Origin: Clostridia bacterium
Lineage (GTDB): Bacteria > Bacillota > Clostridia > Oscillospirales > CAG-272
Length of the DNA: 64,000 nucleotides
Direction of reading: 5' to 3'
NCBI GenBank assembly: GCA_017461745.1
Contig: JAFTXE010000109.1
Span: 30,822-94,821 of the forward strand
Position numbers and translations under genes: made by a program. The notes beneath the pieces are model-generated. The model did not search any database, was not told the origin of the DNA, and saw only the letters and a list, made by a program, of their open reading frames with translations. How positions within the stretch are numbered: the first letter of the stretch is position 1; every line of letters starts with the position of its first letter. Of this stretch, positions 37,768-47,904 are shown piece by piece.

Positions 37768-38436
37768 TCAATTAAAATTCAAAAGAGCATTTTTATCTAT
37801 AATAATTATTTTTTTGCCTTCACGGCAAATAAGTCCTTGCTCAGTCAGTGCGTCAATCGCTCTGTAGAGCGAGGCTCTTCCGAGATTTAACATATCTGCA
37901 ATTGCGGACATTGAAGCCGATGACGAAAAAACTCCGTTATCCTCGTGCTCGCAAAGGAAGAAGGCGAGCTTTTTTTCAGCACTGCCCGCGGTAAGAGTTG
38001 ATATCTTTTTATTGAGATATACTATCTTGTTGCTTAAAAATTCAAGATAAGCCCGCATTGCTTGTGCATCATTCTCTAAAAGTGCTTTGAAAGCTTTGCT
38101 GTCAATGAATAGGGCGCGACAACTGCATTTTGCGGTAATTACGCTTGGAAATAGCTCGGTATCCGAATAAAGATTTGCAATTCCGAAAATATCCTTTTCA
38201 GCGATAATTTTAAGCACTGCGTTCTCACCTGCGGATATCGGTGCGGCAACTGCACGTCCTTGTATTAAAATTCCTATGCATTTTTTATCACATTGCGGTG
38301 AATATATAATATCGCCCGAATGAAAAAACTGTAGTGACAAAGAGCTATTTGGAAGATATTTTTCAATATTTTTAGCGTCGGCTTGACTTAGTATACCGTT
38401 ATCCGATATAAACGAGCGTATGCTTTTATCAACCAT
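37768..38436 (-). CDS. Crp/Fnr-family transcriptional regulator
   Basis: 222 aa with an N-terminal cNMP-binding-like beta-roll and a C-terminal HTH (SMSAIADMLNLGRASLYRAIDALTEQGLI). Confidence 0.8.
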   Translation of the reverse strand: MVDKSIRSFISDNGILSQADAKNIEKYLPNSSLSLQFFHSGDIIYSPQCDKKCIGILIQGRAVAAPISAGENAVLKIIAEKDIFGIANLYSDTELFPSVITAKCSCRALFIDSKAFKALLENDAQAMRAYLEFLSNKIVYLNKKISTLTAGSAEKKLAFFLCEHEDNGVFSSSASMSAIADMLNLGRASLYRAIDALTEQGLICREGKKIIIIDKNALLNFN

Positions 38437-38456
38437 ATTTCGCCTCCAATGACTTG

Positions 38457-38472
38457 TGTCTCATATGAGACA
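38457..38472. promoter_or_regulatory. Perfect 16-bp palindrome TGTCTCATATGAGACA, a candidate operator in the crp/fnr-family gene leader
   Basis: The palindrome lies 20 nt upstream of the regulator start codon (38436), between it and the divergent nucleotidyltransferase promoter. Confidence 0.4.
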
Positions 38473-38624
38473 ATTTATTATACCATGTTTTTGTGTACCT
38501 GTCAATACCAAAAAAATAAAAAATGTAAATTAAATGTTAAATAATCAAAAAACTATTTTATTAGTTATTATAAAATGGTATAATGAGTACTCAAGAGATT
38601 AAATTTACATAAAAGGAGATAGCA

Positions 38625-39530
38625 ATGACACTTTTGATTTTGGCTGCGGGAATGGGCTCGCGTTACGGTGGACTTAAGCAACTTGATCCCATAACGGAAA
38701 ACGGAGAATTTATAATCGACTTTTCGGTGTATGATGCTGTAAAAAGTGGATTTGATAAGATAGTTTTCGTTATCAAGGAAGAAAACCTCGAGGATTTCCG
38801 CGATACCATAGGAAAGCGATTTGAGGATAAGGTTAAAGTCGAATACGCATTTCAGAAGCTTGATGATCTTCCCGAAGGCTTCAGCGTTCCCGAGGGCAGA
38901 GTTAAGCCTTGGGGTACGGCGCAGGCAATGCTTGCGGCTCGTAATATAGTAAAAGAGCCTTTTGCGGTAATTAACGCAGACGATTTCTACGGTAGAAGCG
39001 CGTATGAGTCTCTTGCCAAGCACCTTGGAAATGTTGATGTAAGCTCTGATGTTGCTCAGTATTGCATGGTTGGTTACGTTCTTGAAAAGACTCTTACAGA
39101 AAACGGAACGGTCTCCAGAGGTGTATGCGAGGTGAATGACGGAAAGCTCGTTGACGTAATTGAGAGAACTAAGATAAGCCGTGCGGGTGACGTTGCGGTT
39201 TACAGCGATGGCGAAGAAGAGATAAAGATACCGCTTGACGCTATAGTTTCAATGAACTGCTGGGGCTTTACTCCTGATATATTCGAAAAGGTACAGGACG
39301 GCTTTGCAAAGTTCCTTGCTGCTGATAACGGCGATATCAAGAGAGAATATTATCTGCCATTTGCCGTAAAGGAAATAATGGAGCGCAAGGAATGTTCCGT
39401 AAGCGTTTATTCGTCGCGCGATTCATGGTACGGCGTTACTTACAGAGAGGATAGAGACTCGGTTGTAAATAGTCTGGCAAAGCTTAAGACAGACGGAGTA
39501 TATCCTCAAAAGTTAAACGAAAATCTTTAA
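38625..39530 (+). CDS. Sugar-phosphate nucleotidyltransferase family protein
   Basis: 301 aa with the N-terminal nucleotide-binding signature LILAAGMGSRYGGLKQLD. AAGGAG RBS, with an extended -10 TGgTATAAT at 38578-38586. Confidence 0.65.
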   Translation: MTLLILAAGMGSRYGGLKQLDPITENGEFIIDFSVYDAVKSGFDKIVFVIKEENLEDFRDTIGKRFEDKVKVEYAFQKLDDLPEGFSVPEGRVKPWGTAQAMLAARNIVKEPFAVINADDFYGRSAYESLAKHLGNVDVSSDVAQYCMVGYVLEKTLTENGTVSRGVCEVNDGKLVDVIERTKISRAGDVAVYSDGEEEIKIPLDAIVSMNCWGFTPDIFEKVQDGFAKFLAADNGDIKREYYLPFAVKEIMERKECSVSVYSSRDSWYGVTYREDRDSVVNSLAKLKTDGVYPQKLNENL

Positions 39531-39558
39531 AATAACATAAATTTAAGGGGGAATTTTT

Positions 39559-40572
39559 ATGGCTATTCTTATTACGGGTGGAGCCGGATATATCGGTTCT
39601 CATACTATGGTGGAGCTTTTAGAGGCTGGAAGAGAGCTTGTAGTCGTTGATAACTACATGAACAGTAAGCCCGAGGCTCTTGAAAGAGTTAAGAAGATAA
39701 CGGGTAAGGATTTCAAATTCTATGAAGTTGATCTTCTTGACTACGATGCTCTCGATAAGGTTTTCTGTGAAAACGATATCGACAGTTGTATTCACTTCGC
39801 AGGACTTAAGGCTGTTGGCGAATCCTGCGCAAAGCCTTTGCTTTATTACCACAATAATATCACGGGAACGCTTAATCTCTGCGAAATAATGCAGAAGCAC
39901 GGAGCTAAGCGAATTGTTTTCAGCTCATCCGCAACCGTTTACGGTAAACCTGCAAGCGTTCCGATAACTGAGGATTTTCCGCTTTCCACTACCAATCCTT
40001 ACGGTGAGACCAAGTTAATGATAGAGAGAATCCTCTCTGACCTTTACGCATCTGATAACGAATGGAGTATATCTATTCTCCGTTACTTCAATCCCATAGG
40101 CGCACATAAGAGCGGACTTATCGGTGAAGACCCTCAGGGAATTCCGAACAATCTTCTTCCTTACGTTACTCAGGTAGCATCTGGTAAGAGAGAATGTCTG
40201 TCCGTTTTCGGTAATGACTATAATACTCCCGACGGAACAGGTGTTCGTGACTATATTCACGTAGTTGACCTCGCTAAAGCGCACCTTAAGGCTATTGAAC
40301 GCGCTGAGAAGGTAAATGGCGTAGAGCATTTCAATATCGGCACGGGAGTTGGATATTCCGTTCTTGAAATAGTTCACGCTTATGAGAAGGCAACGGGTAT
40401 TAAGATCAACTACAAGATAGTTGACCGCCGCCCAGGTGACATTGACGAATGCTATGCTAATCCCAAGAAGGCGTATGAGGTTCTCGGCTGGAAGGCTGAA
40501 AATAATATTGAGGATATGTGTAGAGACTCTTACAATTGGCAGTTGAAGAATCCTAACGGATACGACGCGTGA
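39559..40572 (+). CDS. galE: UDP-glucose 4-epimerase
   Basis: 337 aa with the Rossmann motif [13 protein letters not shown] and catalytic YGETK (YxxxK). It is colinear with GalE throughout. Confidence 0.92.
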   Translation: MAILITGGAGYIGSHTMVELLEAGRELVVVDNYMNSKPEALERVKKITGKDFKFYEVDLLDYDALDKVFCENDIDSCIHFAGLKAVGESCAKPLLYYHNNITGTLNLCEIMQKHGAKRIVFSSSATVYGKPASVPITEDFPLSTTNPYGETKLMIERILSDLYASDNEWSISILRYFNPIGAHKSGLIGEDPQGIPNNLLPYVTQVASGKRECLSVFGNDYNTPDGTGVRDYIHVVDLAKAHLKAIERAEKVNGVEHFNIGTGVGYSVLEIVHAYEKATGIKINYKIVDRRPGDIDECYANPKKAYEVLGWKAENNIEDMCRDSYNWQLKNPNGYDA

Positions 40573-40581
40573 GGTGATACT

Positions 40582-41640
40582 ATGATAGAAAAAAAGCTTT
40601 TCGGAACGCTTTCTGACGGCAGAGAAGTATATGCTTATACCTTGAAAAACGCTAACGGTATGTCCGCAAAGATACTCAGCTACGGCGGAGCTATTGCTGA
40701 GATAAGAGTCCCCGATAGAAACGGTTGCTTTACCGATGTTGTGGGCGGTTACGATTGTCTTGCATCTTACGTTGGCGCAGACGGATATCAGGGCGCACTT
40801 ATCGGACGCTTTGGTAACAGAATAAATAAGGGCAAATTCACGCTTGACGGTGTTGATTACAGCCTCTTTATCAATAATAACGATAATCATCTTCACGGCG
40901 GTCAATTTGGATATAATAGTAAGATATGGGACGTTGAGGCGATAGCCTCGGACGAGCCCGTGCTCAAGCTTCATATCATTTCGCCCGACGGTGACGAAGG
41001 GTATCCCGGGAATCTTGATTTGACCGTTACTTATAAGCTTTCCAATATGAACGGCTTGTCTATCAGATATGAAGCAACAACCGATAAGGCTACTCCTATA
41101 AACCTTACAAATCACTGTTACTTCAATCTCGGCGGATACGCATCGGGAAAAATATACGATATGGAGCTCATGATTGACGCGGATACGTATCTTCCTACCG
41201 ATGAAAGACTTATTCCTACGGGAGAATTAAAGAGTGTTGAAGGAACTCCTTTTGATTTCCGTACGCCCAAGAAGGTTGGCTGCGACATCGGTGCTGATTA
41301 TATAGACCTTAAGCTTGCGGGTGGCTACGACCATTGCTTCAACTTCATAGGCGGAGAGACGGTAGAGCCTATAAAGAGATGCGAGCTGTATGACGCCGGA
41401 ACGGGCAGAGTAATGAGTGTTTATACAAATCAGCCCTGCGTTCAGTTCTATTCGGGTAACTTCCTTAAAAACGCAAAATATCCCTTCAAGGGTGGCTACC
41501 GTCAGTGTCCTCAGACACTTATGTGCCTTGAAACACAGCATATGCCCGATAGCATAAATCATGCTAATTTCACAAACTGTGTATTGCGCCCGGGCGAAAA
41601 ATACGATTACACGACCGAATATAGATTTTCGGTAAAATAA
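40582..41640 (+). CDS. galM: Aldose 1-epimerase (galactose mutarotase)
   Basis: 352 aa with NHLHGG, YPGNLDLTVTYKL, TNHCYFNL and LETQHMPDS motifs. Confidence 0.88.
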   Translation: MIEKKLFGTLSDGREVYAYTLKNANGMSAKILSYGGAIAEIRVPDRNGCFTDVVGGYDCLASYVGADGYQGALIGRFGNRINKGKFTLDGVDYSLFINNNDNHLHGGQFGYNSKIWDVEAIASDEPVLKLHIISPDGDEGYPGNLDLTVTYKLSNMNGLSIRYEATTDKATPINLTNHCYFNLGGYASGKIYDMELMIDADTYLPTDERLIPTGELKSVEGTPFDFRTPKKVGCDIGADYIDLKLAGGYDHCFNFIGGETVEPIKRCELYDAGTGRVMSVYTNQPCVQFYSGNFLKNAKYPFKGGYRQCPQTLMCLETQHMPDSINHANFTNCVLRPGEKYDYTTEYRFSVK

Positions 41641-41650
41641 ATTAAATTTT

Positions 41651-41685
41651 AATGTGAGCAGAAATTTTTAATTTTTGCTCACATT
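41651..41685 (+). terminator. Intrinsic terminator after galM
   Basis: The stem aatgtgagca / tgctcacatt encloses a T-rich loop. The flank tcgtaatttt follows. Confidence 0.6.
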
Positions 41686-41703
41686 CGTAATTTTAGGTGA
41701 AAA

Positions 41704-42438
41704 ATGTTTATTGAAAAATTTATATTGCCTTCGGCGTGGGAAGAAAAAGATTATTTGATATCGGGTAAAAATACCATAGGAATGCCGACGAGATACGACG
41801 GTAACGTTCCGTTCGGTATATTTCCCAAACGACAAATAGAAAAAATAAATTTCGGTGAAATAACCTTGCTTGCGGGGAGCAGTAACTCGGAAAAGCAGCT
41901 ACTTATGAGAATTATTTGCGCAAAGCTTGGCTTTAAGCTTTTGCCTGAAGGGGTAAGTGATAGATGTCTTTCAGACTATTTGGATATGTGTATTATAATG
42001 ACGCCAAATAACTCACATAAAAAAATTCCTTTTGAGCTTATTACAAAGGAGCAAAGCTTGGATTTTATAAAGAAGCAGTATGCGGAAATAGGTATAAGAC
42101 TACCTAAAAGTCTGCCGGAATTTTACGAAACGCGAATAACTCCAAAGAAGCTTTATTTTATTGAAGAGCCCGAAAACTCAATGTCCTTGCAGGAGAGCAA
42201 AGAGCTTGCCTCATTGCTTGATGATTGCGCAAAATATTCGGGAAATCAGTTTGTTATTACCACCAATTCTCCCGTGTTGTTAGGAATAAAGAACGCCGTT
42301 ATTTATAATTTTGACCAAAGAGTAATAATGGACGAAACGTGGTATTATTCAAAACTTGCTGCAAGACATGTCAAGTTTTATAAGGAGCTTGATCGAGCGC
42401 ATCGGAAAGGTAAACTGAAAAAAGAAAAACTAAAATAA
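41704..42438 (+). CDS. ABC/AAA_21-type ATPase homologue with degenerate catalytic motifs
   Basis: 244 aa. GSSNSEKQ sits where Walker A GxxxxGK[ST] is expected. LYFIEEPENSMS replaces the Walker B/D-loop hhhhDEPE. TTNSP replaces the H-loop THSP. Confidence 0.55.
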   Translation: MFIEKFILPSAWEEKDYLISGKNTIGMPTRYDGNVPFGIFPKRQIEKINFGEITLLAGSSNSEKQLLMRIICAKLGFKLLPEGVSDRCLSDYLDMCIIMTPNNSHKKIPFELITKEQSLDFIKKQYAEIGIRLPKSLPEFYETRITPKKLYFIEEPENSMSLQESKELASLLDDCAKYSGNQFVITTNSPVLLGIKNAVIYNFDQRVIMDETWYYSKLAARHVKFYKELDRAHRKGKLKKEKLK

Positions 42439-42539
42439 CACAAGCACGAGATTTTTGTGGGTTCTTGAGAGATTGAATAATATTTGAATTATTATTTTAT
42501 CTTTTGCATATATTTTCTTAAAAGGAATACGGAGGTATT

Positions 42540-43712
42540 ATGATGGAAAATATTCAAAAGAAAGTTAAGAAAATTTATTCAATACTTTTAGTTGTGTTAG
42601 TGTTGATAAATTTAGGAGCTTTTCACGCAAGTTCCGAGGAGGCAAGCTATCCGAATCTGAATCTTGATTGCAGGTCGGCAATACTTATGGAAGCGCAGAC
42701 GGGTAAAATACTTTATGCTAACAACGAAAACGAGGCGTTGCCTCCTGCCTCCGTTACAAAGGTAATGACGCTTTTGCTTGTTATGGAAGCAATTGATGAA
42801 AAGCAAATTTCTTTAACTGATATGGTCAGTGCGAGTGAGCACGCTTGCTCTATGGGGGGCTCTCAAATTTATCTTGAACCCGGGGAACAGATGTCTGTTG
42901 AGGACCTACTAAAAAGCGTTGTAATAGCTTCGGCAAATGATGCGGCGGTAACGCTTGCGGAATACGTTGCGGGAACAGAGGATAGCTTCGTTGAAATGAT
43001 GAATGCAAAAGCGCGTGAGCTTGGGATGGAAAACACGGTGTTTGAAAACACCAACGGACTTGACGATACTACGGAAAATCACGTTACGTCCGCAAAGGAT
43101 ATTGCGATAATGTCAAGAGAGCTTATAAAGCATGAGAAAATTACCGAGTACAGCCGTATATGGATGGATACCATAAGAAACGGAGAATTCGGACTTACGA
43201 ATACCAATAGGCTTGTACGATTTTATAAGGGAGCAACGGGATTGAAAACAGGCTCAACCTCAAAGGCAGGTTTTTGTATAACAGCAACTGCCGAGCGTGA
43301 TGGGATGACTCTTATTGCGGTTGTTATGGCGTCACCGAGCAGAGACGCAAGAAACAGCGCCGCAGTTGCCTTGCTTAACTACGGATTTTCAAACTTTACT
43401 TTATATGAAAATACCGCCGACTCCTGCGAACAGATAAATGTGATTAAAGGAAAGAGTGATATTTGCCGTGTACAAGAAACAGATTTCTATGCGGTGATTG
43501 ATAAAAAGCACGTAGATAAAATAGAAAAGACGGTTGAAATAGAGGATACGGTAGTAGCACCCATAAAAATAGGGCAGCAAATAGGAACGGTTACGTATTC
43601 TTTGAACGGAAATGTTATCGGGACTACAAAAATAGTTACCGCTGAAGCCGTTGAAAATATTGGTTTCACTGATATATGCGTAAGAATTCTTGCTAAAATG
43701 ACTTTAAAATAG
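42540..43712 (+). CDS. D-alanyl-D-alanine carboxypeptidase (serine peptidase S11, DacA/DacB type)
   Basis: 390 aa with a signal peptide. The SVTK (SxxK), SAND (SxN) and KTGST (KTG) motifs are present. Confidence 0.88.
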   Translation: MMENIQKKVKKIYSILLVVLVLINLGAFHASSEEASYPNLNLDCRSAILMEAQTGKILYANNENEALPPASVTKVMTLLLVMEAIDEKQISLTDMVSASEHACSMGGSQIYLEPGEQMSVEDLLKSVVIASANDAAVTLAEYVAGTEDSFVEMMNAKARELGMENTVFENTNGLDDTTENHVTSAKDIAIMSRELIKHEKITEYSRIWMDTIRNGEFGLTNTNRLVRFYKGATGLKTGSTSKAGFCITATAERDGMTLIAVVMASPSRDARNSAAVALLNYGFSNFTLYENTADSCEQINVIKGKSDICRVQETDFYAVIDKKHVDKIEKTVEIEDTVVAPIKIGQQIGTVTYSLNGNVIGTTKIVTAEAVENIGFTDICVRILAKMTLK

Positions 43713-43840
43713 TGTTATAATCAATCAACGATTTTAGGAAATCAAATTGTTACAAAAATATCACAAATTATTATTACAAAAACGCAAAATATATTATATA
43801 ATATAATCCTATATTTTTTATTTGTTTGGGGGACAAAAAA

Positions 43841-45181
43841 ATGACATTGAAACTGAATGACAAGTACATCAAACCGTTCGTTGAGGACAGCGAGCTTGAA
43901 CAGCTCCAATCTGAGATCAACGCCGCTCACGCAAGCCTTCTTGCCAAAAATGGCGAGGGTAAGGATTTTCTCGGCTGGATAACACTGCCTGACGACTATG
44001 ATAAGGAAGAATTTGCGAGAATAAAAAAAGCGGCTTCTAAGATTCAGAAATCCTGCGACGTATTTATCGCTATTGGTATCGGTGGCTCTTATCTCGGTTC
44101 AAGAGCTGTTATCGAATTCCTTAAATCTCCGATGTATAATAATATAAAGAAGGATACGCCCGACGTTTATTTTTCGGGCTGTAATATAAGCGCTCAGGCG
44201 ATGAATGAGCTCTTGGCTATTTGCGAGGGTAAGGACGTTTGCATAAACGTTATTTCCAAGTCAGGAACTACTACCGAGCCTGCAATTGCTTTCCGTGTAT
44301 TCCGAGAGCTTCTTGAAAAGAAGTACGGTAAAGAGGGTGCTAAGGAAAGAATTTTCGTTACTACAGATAAGGCAAAGGGAACTCTTAAGAAGTTTGCTGA
44401 TGAGACCGGATATGAGACGTTCGTAGTTCCCGATAACGTTGGAGGACGCTTCTCAGTACTTACCGCTGTTGGACTTCTTCCTATTGCCGTTGCGGGAATT
44501 GATATTGATATGCTTATGAAGGGGGCATCCGATGCCGCTAAGGCGTATACAGCCACAGCAGATATTACCAAGAACGACTGCATGAAATATGTTGCTCTCA
44601 GAAATATAATGTACCGTCATAATAAGGCAATGGAAATTCTCGTAAGCTATGAGCCCTATGCTACTATGTTCAACGAGTGGTGGAAGCAGCTTTACGGTGA
44701 GAGCGAGGGCAAGGACGGTAAGGGACTTTTCCCCGCATCCGTAATTTTCTCAACCGACCTTCATTCTCTTGGTCAGTTTATTCAAGAAGGCAGTCGCAGT
44801 ATGTTTGAGACTATCGTTTCCGTCGTTGATGAAAATGAAAAGCTGGCTGTTCCTTATGATGAGGCAAATATTGACACACTCAACTTCCTTGCAGGCGTTG
44901 ACATGAACGATATAAACAAGATGGCAATGAAGGGAACTATCCTTGCTCACGTTGACGGTGGTGCTCCCAATATTCTTATTGAGCTTGCAAAAAGAGACGA
45001 GTATTCTCTTGGTCATCTTATTTATTTCTTTGAGTTTGCTTGTGGCGTTTCGGGATATGTTCTCGGTATAAATCCCTTTAACCAACCAGGTGTAGAGGCG
45101 TACAAAAAGAACATGTTTGCGCTTCTTGGAAAGCCCGGATATGAGGCTCAGAAGAAGGAACTTGAAGAAAGATTAAAATAA
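43841..45181 (+). CDS. pgi: Glucose-6-phosphate isomerase
   Basis: 446 aa counted from ATG 43841, with a GGGGGA RBS. Firmicute-type Pgi motifs are present ([40 protein letters not shown]). Confidence 0.93.
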   Translation: MTLKLNDKYIKPFVEDSELEQLQSEINAAHASLLAKNGEGKDFLGWITLPDDYDKEEFARIKKAASKIQKSCDVFIAIGIGGSYLGSRAVIEFLKSPMYNNIKKDTPDVYFSGCNISAQAMNELLAICEGKDVCINVISKSGTTTEPAIAFRVFRELLEKKYGKEGAKERIFVTTDKAKGTLKKFADETGYETFVVPDNVGGRFSVLTAVGLLPIAVAGIDIDMLMKGASDAAKAYTATADITKNDCMKYVALRNIMYRHNKAMEILVSYEPYATMFNEWWKQLYGESEGKDGKGLFPASVIFSTDLHSLGQFIQEGSRSMFETIVSVVDENEKLAVPYDEANIDTLNFLAGVDMNDINKMAMKGTILAHVDGGAPNILIELAKRDEYSLGHLIYFFEFACGVSGYVLGINPFNQPGVEAYKKNMFALLGKPGYEAQKKELEERLK

Positions 45182-45204
45182 TTGTATATTTTTATAAAAA
45201 TCTA

Positions 45205-45233
45205 TTGCAAAATTTTCCGATTTGAGTTATAAT
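45205..45233 (+). promoter_or_regulatory. Sigma-A promoter upstream of the small P-loop gene
   Basis: TTGCAA (45205-45210), 17-nt spacer, TATAAT (45228-45233). Confidence 0.55.
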
Positions 45234-45277
45234 ATATATAAGCAGAAAATCTGCAATAAATTTATCGGAGGTCCGAA

Positions 45278-45685
45278 ATGTTAAAATTGATTATCGGTGT
45301 AAAAGGCACGGGTAAAACTAAAAATCTTATCAACCTGGTAAACACTGCGGTTGAAAATTCTCAGGGCGACGTCGTTTGTATCGAAAAGGGTACAAAGCTT
45401 CGCTATGACGTAAAGTACAAGGCAAGACTTATTGATGTTACCGAATATTTTGTTGCAGACGCGCAGTCTCTTTATGGCTTTATCGCAGGTATCCTTGCAA
45501 GCAATCACGATGTAACCGATTTGTTTGTAGATTCTGCCCTTAAGATATGCAATAACGACGTTGCTGCTTTTGATAAGTTTGTTGATGAGGTTAATGAGCT
45601 TGTTGCAAAGCTTAACGTAAAGGTAACTATGACGTCTTCTATTCCCGCTGAGGAAGCGAGCGAGACTGTTAAGAAATATCTTTAA
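45278..45685 (+). CDS. Small P-loop protein of unknown function
   Basis: 135 aa with a GGAGG RBS. Walker A GVKGTGKT lies at the extreme N-terminus. A possible Walker B is DVVCIE. I recognise no other domain. Confidence 0.55.
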   Translation: MLKLIIGVKGTGKTKNLINLVNTAVENSQGDVVCIEKGTKLRYDVKYKARLIDVTEYFVADAQSLYGFIAGILASNHDVTDLFVDSALKICNNDVAAFDKFVDEVNELVAKLNVKVTMTSSIPAEEASETVKKYL

Positions 45686-45705
45686 TCAAAACGTATACAT
45701 GTTCG

Positions 45706-45736
45706 TAAAGCCTTCGGTTACATACCGAAGGCTTTA
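45706..45736 (+). terminator. Hairpin between the small P-loop gene and topB
   Basis: The stem taaagccttcgg / ccgaaggcttta encloses a 7-nt loop. The T-tract is weak, so this may be an attenuator rather than a full terminator. Confidence 0.5.
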
Positions 45737-45753
45737 TTGAAATCGGAGGAAAA

Positions 45754-47874
45754 ATGATACTGATAATCGCCGAGAAACCGAGTCTTGGCAGAAATATTGC
45801 CGCTGGTTTAGGTGATTTTAAGCGTAGAGACGGATATTTGGAGGGAAAGGATTGCCTTATTACTTGGGCATTCGGTCATTTGTTTTCTTTGGTTGACATC
45901 GAGGCTTATAGTCCTCTGCCAAATGGTAACACAAGATGGTCGATGGATAATCTGCCGTGCTTGCCAACAGACTTCAAATATGAATTGCGTAAGGACAAAG
46001 ACAAACAGACCGATAGTGGTATACTTAAGCAGTTTAAAACTATTGAAACATTATGCAACAGAGATGATGTTGACGTTATAGTAAATGCGGGAGACGCCGA
46101 TAGAGAAGGGGAAATTATTGTGAGAAACTGCATTAACAATGCGCTTCGCACTCCTAAAACTATAAAGCGTCTATGGCTTCCTGACCAGACACCGCAAACC
46201 GTTTTTGCTTCCTTTAGTGATATGAAGGAAGACGCAGATTATGATAATCTTGCTAATGAGGGATACGCTCGCACCTATATAGATTGGCTTTACGGTGTAA
46301 ATCTAACAAGATATGCGACATTGCGTACGGGAACTTTGCTTCGCGTCGGAAGAGTAATAGTCCCGATAGTAAAAGCTATTTACGATAGAGATATGGCTAT
46401 TAAAAATTTTGTTCCCGAAAAATATTATTCTATATCAAGCAAAGAGCTGACTAATGAACAGGTGGTCGAGCTTAACAGCAAGCTTAAATTTGATGGAACA
46501 AAATTTTCCGAGGCAGAGAATAAGTGTCGACAGTATAATGCTTGTACCGCAACGGTTACGTCTTTAAAACGGAAAAAAGATTCGCTGTCATGTGGAAAGC
46601 TATATTCGCTCTCAAAGCTTCAAAACGTTCTCAGCAAGCGTTATAAAATGTCCATGTCTCAAAGCCTTGAGATAGTGCAAAAGCTATACGAGGAAGGATA
46701 TTTAACCTATCCGCGTACCAATTCTGAATATCTTGCTACCGCAGAGAAGGCAAAGGTTAAAAAGATACTTGAAAATTGCACCAAGCTCGGTTATCCCGTT
46801 ATATTTAAGGACAAGAAAACTATTTTTGACGACAGTAAAATAGAGTCGCACTCCGCAATTACTCCTACCTATAAGATCCCTGACAAAAACAGGCTTTCAG
46901 AAATTGAACGTCAGGTATATTCTACGGTATTCAGGCGTTTTATCGCGGTATTTTGTGCCGAAGATTGCGTAGTTGAAAAGGTTGAAATGACTGTCAGTGT
47001 TGGCGACTTGGAGGATTTTGTTCTCAAAGGACTTACGATAAAAGAAAAAGGCTGGATGAAGTACGACGATGCCTCTCAAAAGGACAAGCTTTTACCCGAT
47101 TTAAAAAAAGGCGATGTTGTTAATATCGATTTCAAGCCGATACAAAAGGAAACTACACCGCCAAAGCATTATACCATAGAAACGCTTAATAATTATCTGA
47201 AAAATCCCTTCAGGGAGGAAAAAGCGGCAGTTGATGATTCCGTTGGCGCAGACGATGCGGAAGAATATAAAGCAATGTTTGATGGCATAGAGCTTGGAAC
47301 TGAGGCCACGCGAACGGGAATCATTGATAACGCGCGAAAAAGCAACTATATTCAGTTGAAAAAAGATGTATACACTATACTTCCCGATGGCATATATATG
47401 ATAGAGTCACTTCAGCGACTTAACATAAATATGGATAAATATAAAACCTCGGAAATGGGTAAAGCCTTAAAAAAGGTTTTTAGAAAAGAAATAGCGGTTA
47501 GTGACAGTGTAGATCTCGCTAAAGAAGAGATAAAGCAGTATTTTACGACTACCGAAGTTGCTGTTGAAGACGATACCGACACGGGTTTTTTTGGGGACAT
47601 CATAGGTGAATGTCCGCTATGCCATGAACAAGTAAAGCGAGGAAAATACGGATATGGCTGTATGGGATACAAGAACGGCTGCAATTTTATAATTTGGGCA
47701 TGGACTTGTGGACGAGCAATTTCCGTATCCAACGCAAAGCTTTTGCTTGATACGGGAAGAACCTCTAAAATACGTGGCTTTATTTCAAAATCGGGTAAGC
47801 CGTTTGATGCGTATATGAAGCTTTCCGATGGAAAATGTGTATTTGATTTTGACGATGCTCCTCGTCAAAATTAA
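45754..47874 (+). CDS. topB: DNA topoisomerase III (type IA)
   Basis: 706 aa. It has the Toprim motifs LIIAEKPS and DADREGE and the active-site Tyr region GYLTYPRTNSEYL. C-terminal zinc ribbons are present (CPLCHEQV...GCMGYKNGC). Confidence 0.9.
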   Translation: MILIIAEKPSLGRNIAAGLGDFKRRDGYLEGKDCLITWAFGHLFSLVDIEAYSPLPNGNTRWSMDNLPCLPTDFKYELRKDKDKQTDSGILKQFKTIETLCNRDDVDVIVNAGDADREGEIIVRNCINNALRTPKTIKRLWLPDQTPQTVFASFSDMKEDADYDNLANEGYARTYIDWLYGVNLTRYATLRTGTLLRVGRVIVPIVKAIYDRDMAIKNFVPEKYYSISSKELTNEQVVELNSKLKFDGTKFSEAENKCRQYNACTATVTSLKRKKDSLSCGKLYSLSKLQNVLSKRYKMSMSQSLEIVQKLYEEGYLTYPRTNSEYLATAEKAKVKKILENCTKLGYPVIFKDKKTIFDDSKIESHSAITPTYKIPDKNRLSEIERQVYSTVFRRFIAVFCAEDCVVEKVEMTVSVGDLEDFVLKGLTIKEKGWMKYDDASQKDKLLPDLKKGDVVNIDFKPIQKETTPPKHYTIETLNNYLKNPFREEKAAVDDSVGADDAEEYKAMFDGIELGTEATRTGIIDNARKSNYIQLKKDVYTILPDGIYMIESLQRLNINMDKYKTSEMGKALKKVFRKEIAVSDSVDLAKEEIKQYFTTTEVAVEDDTDTGFFGDIIGECPLCHEQVKRGKYGYGCMGYKNGCNFIIWAWTCGRAISVSNAKLLLDTGRTSKIRGFISKSGKPFDAYMKLSDGKCVFDFDDAPRQN

Positions 47875-47904
47875 AATATAATTCTTAAATTTAAGGAGGA
47901 TTTT

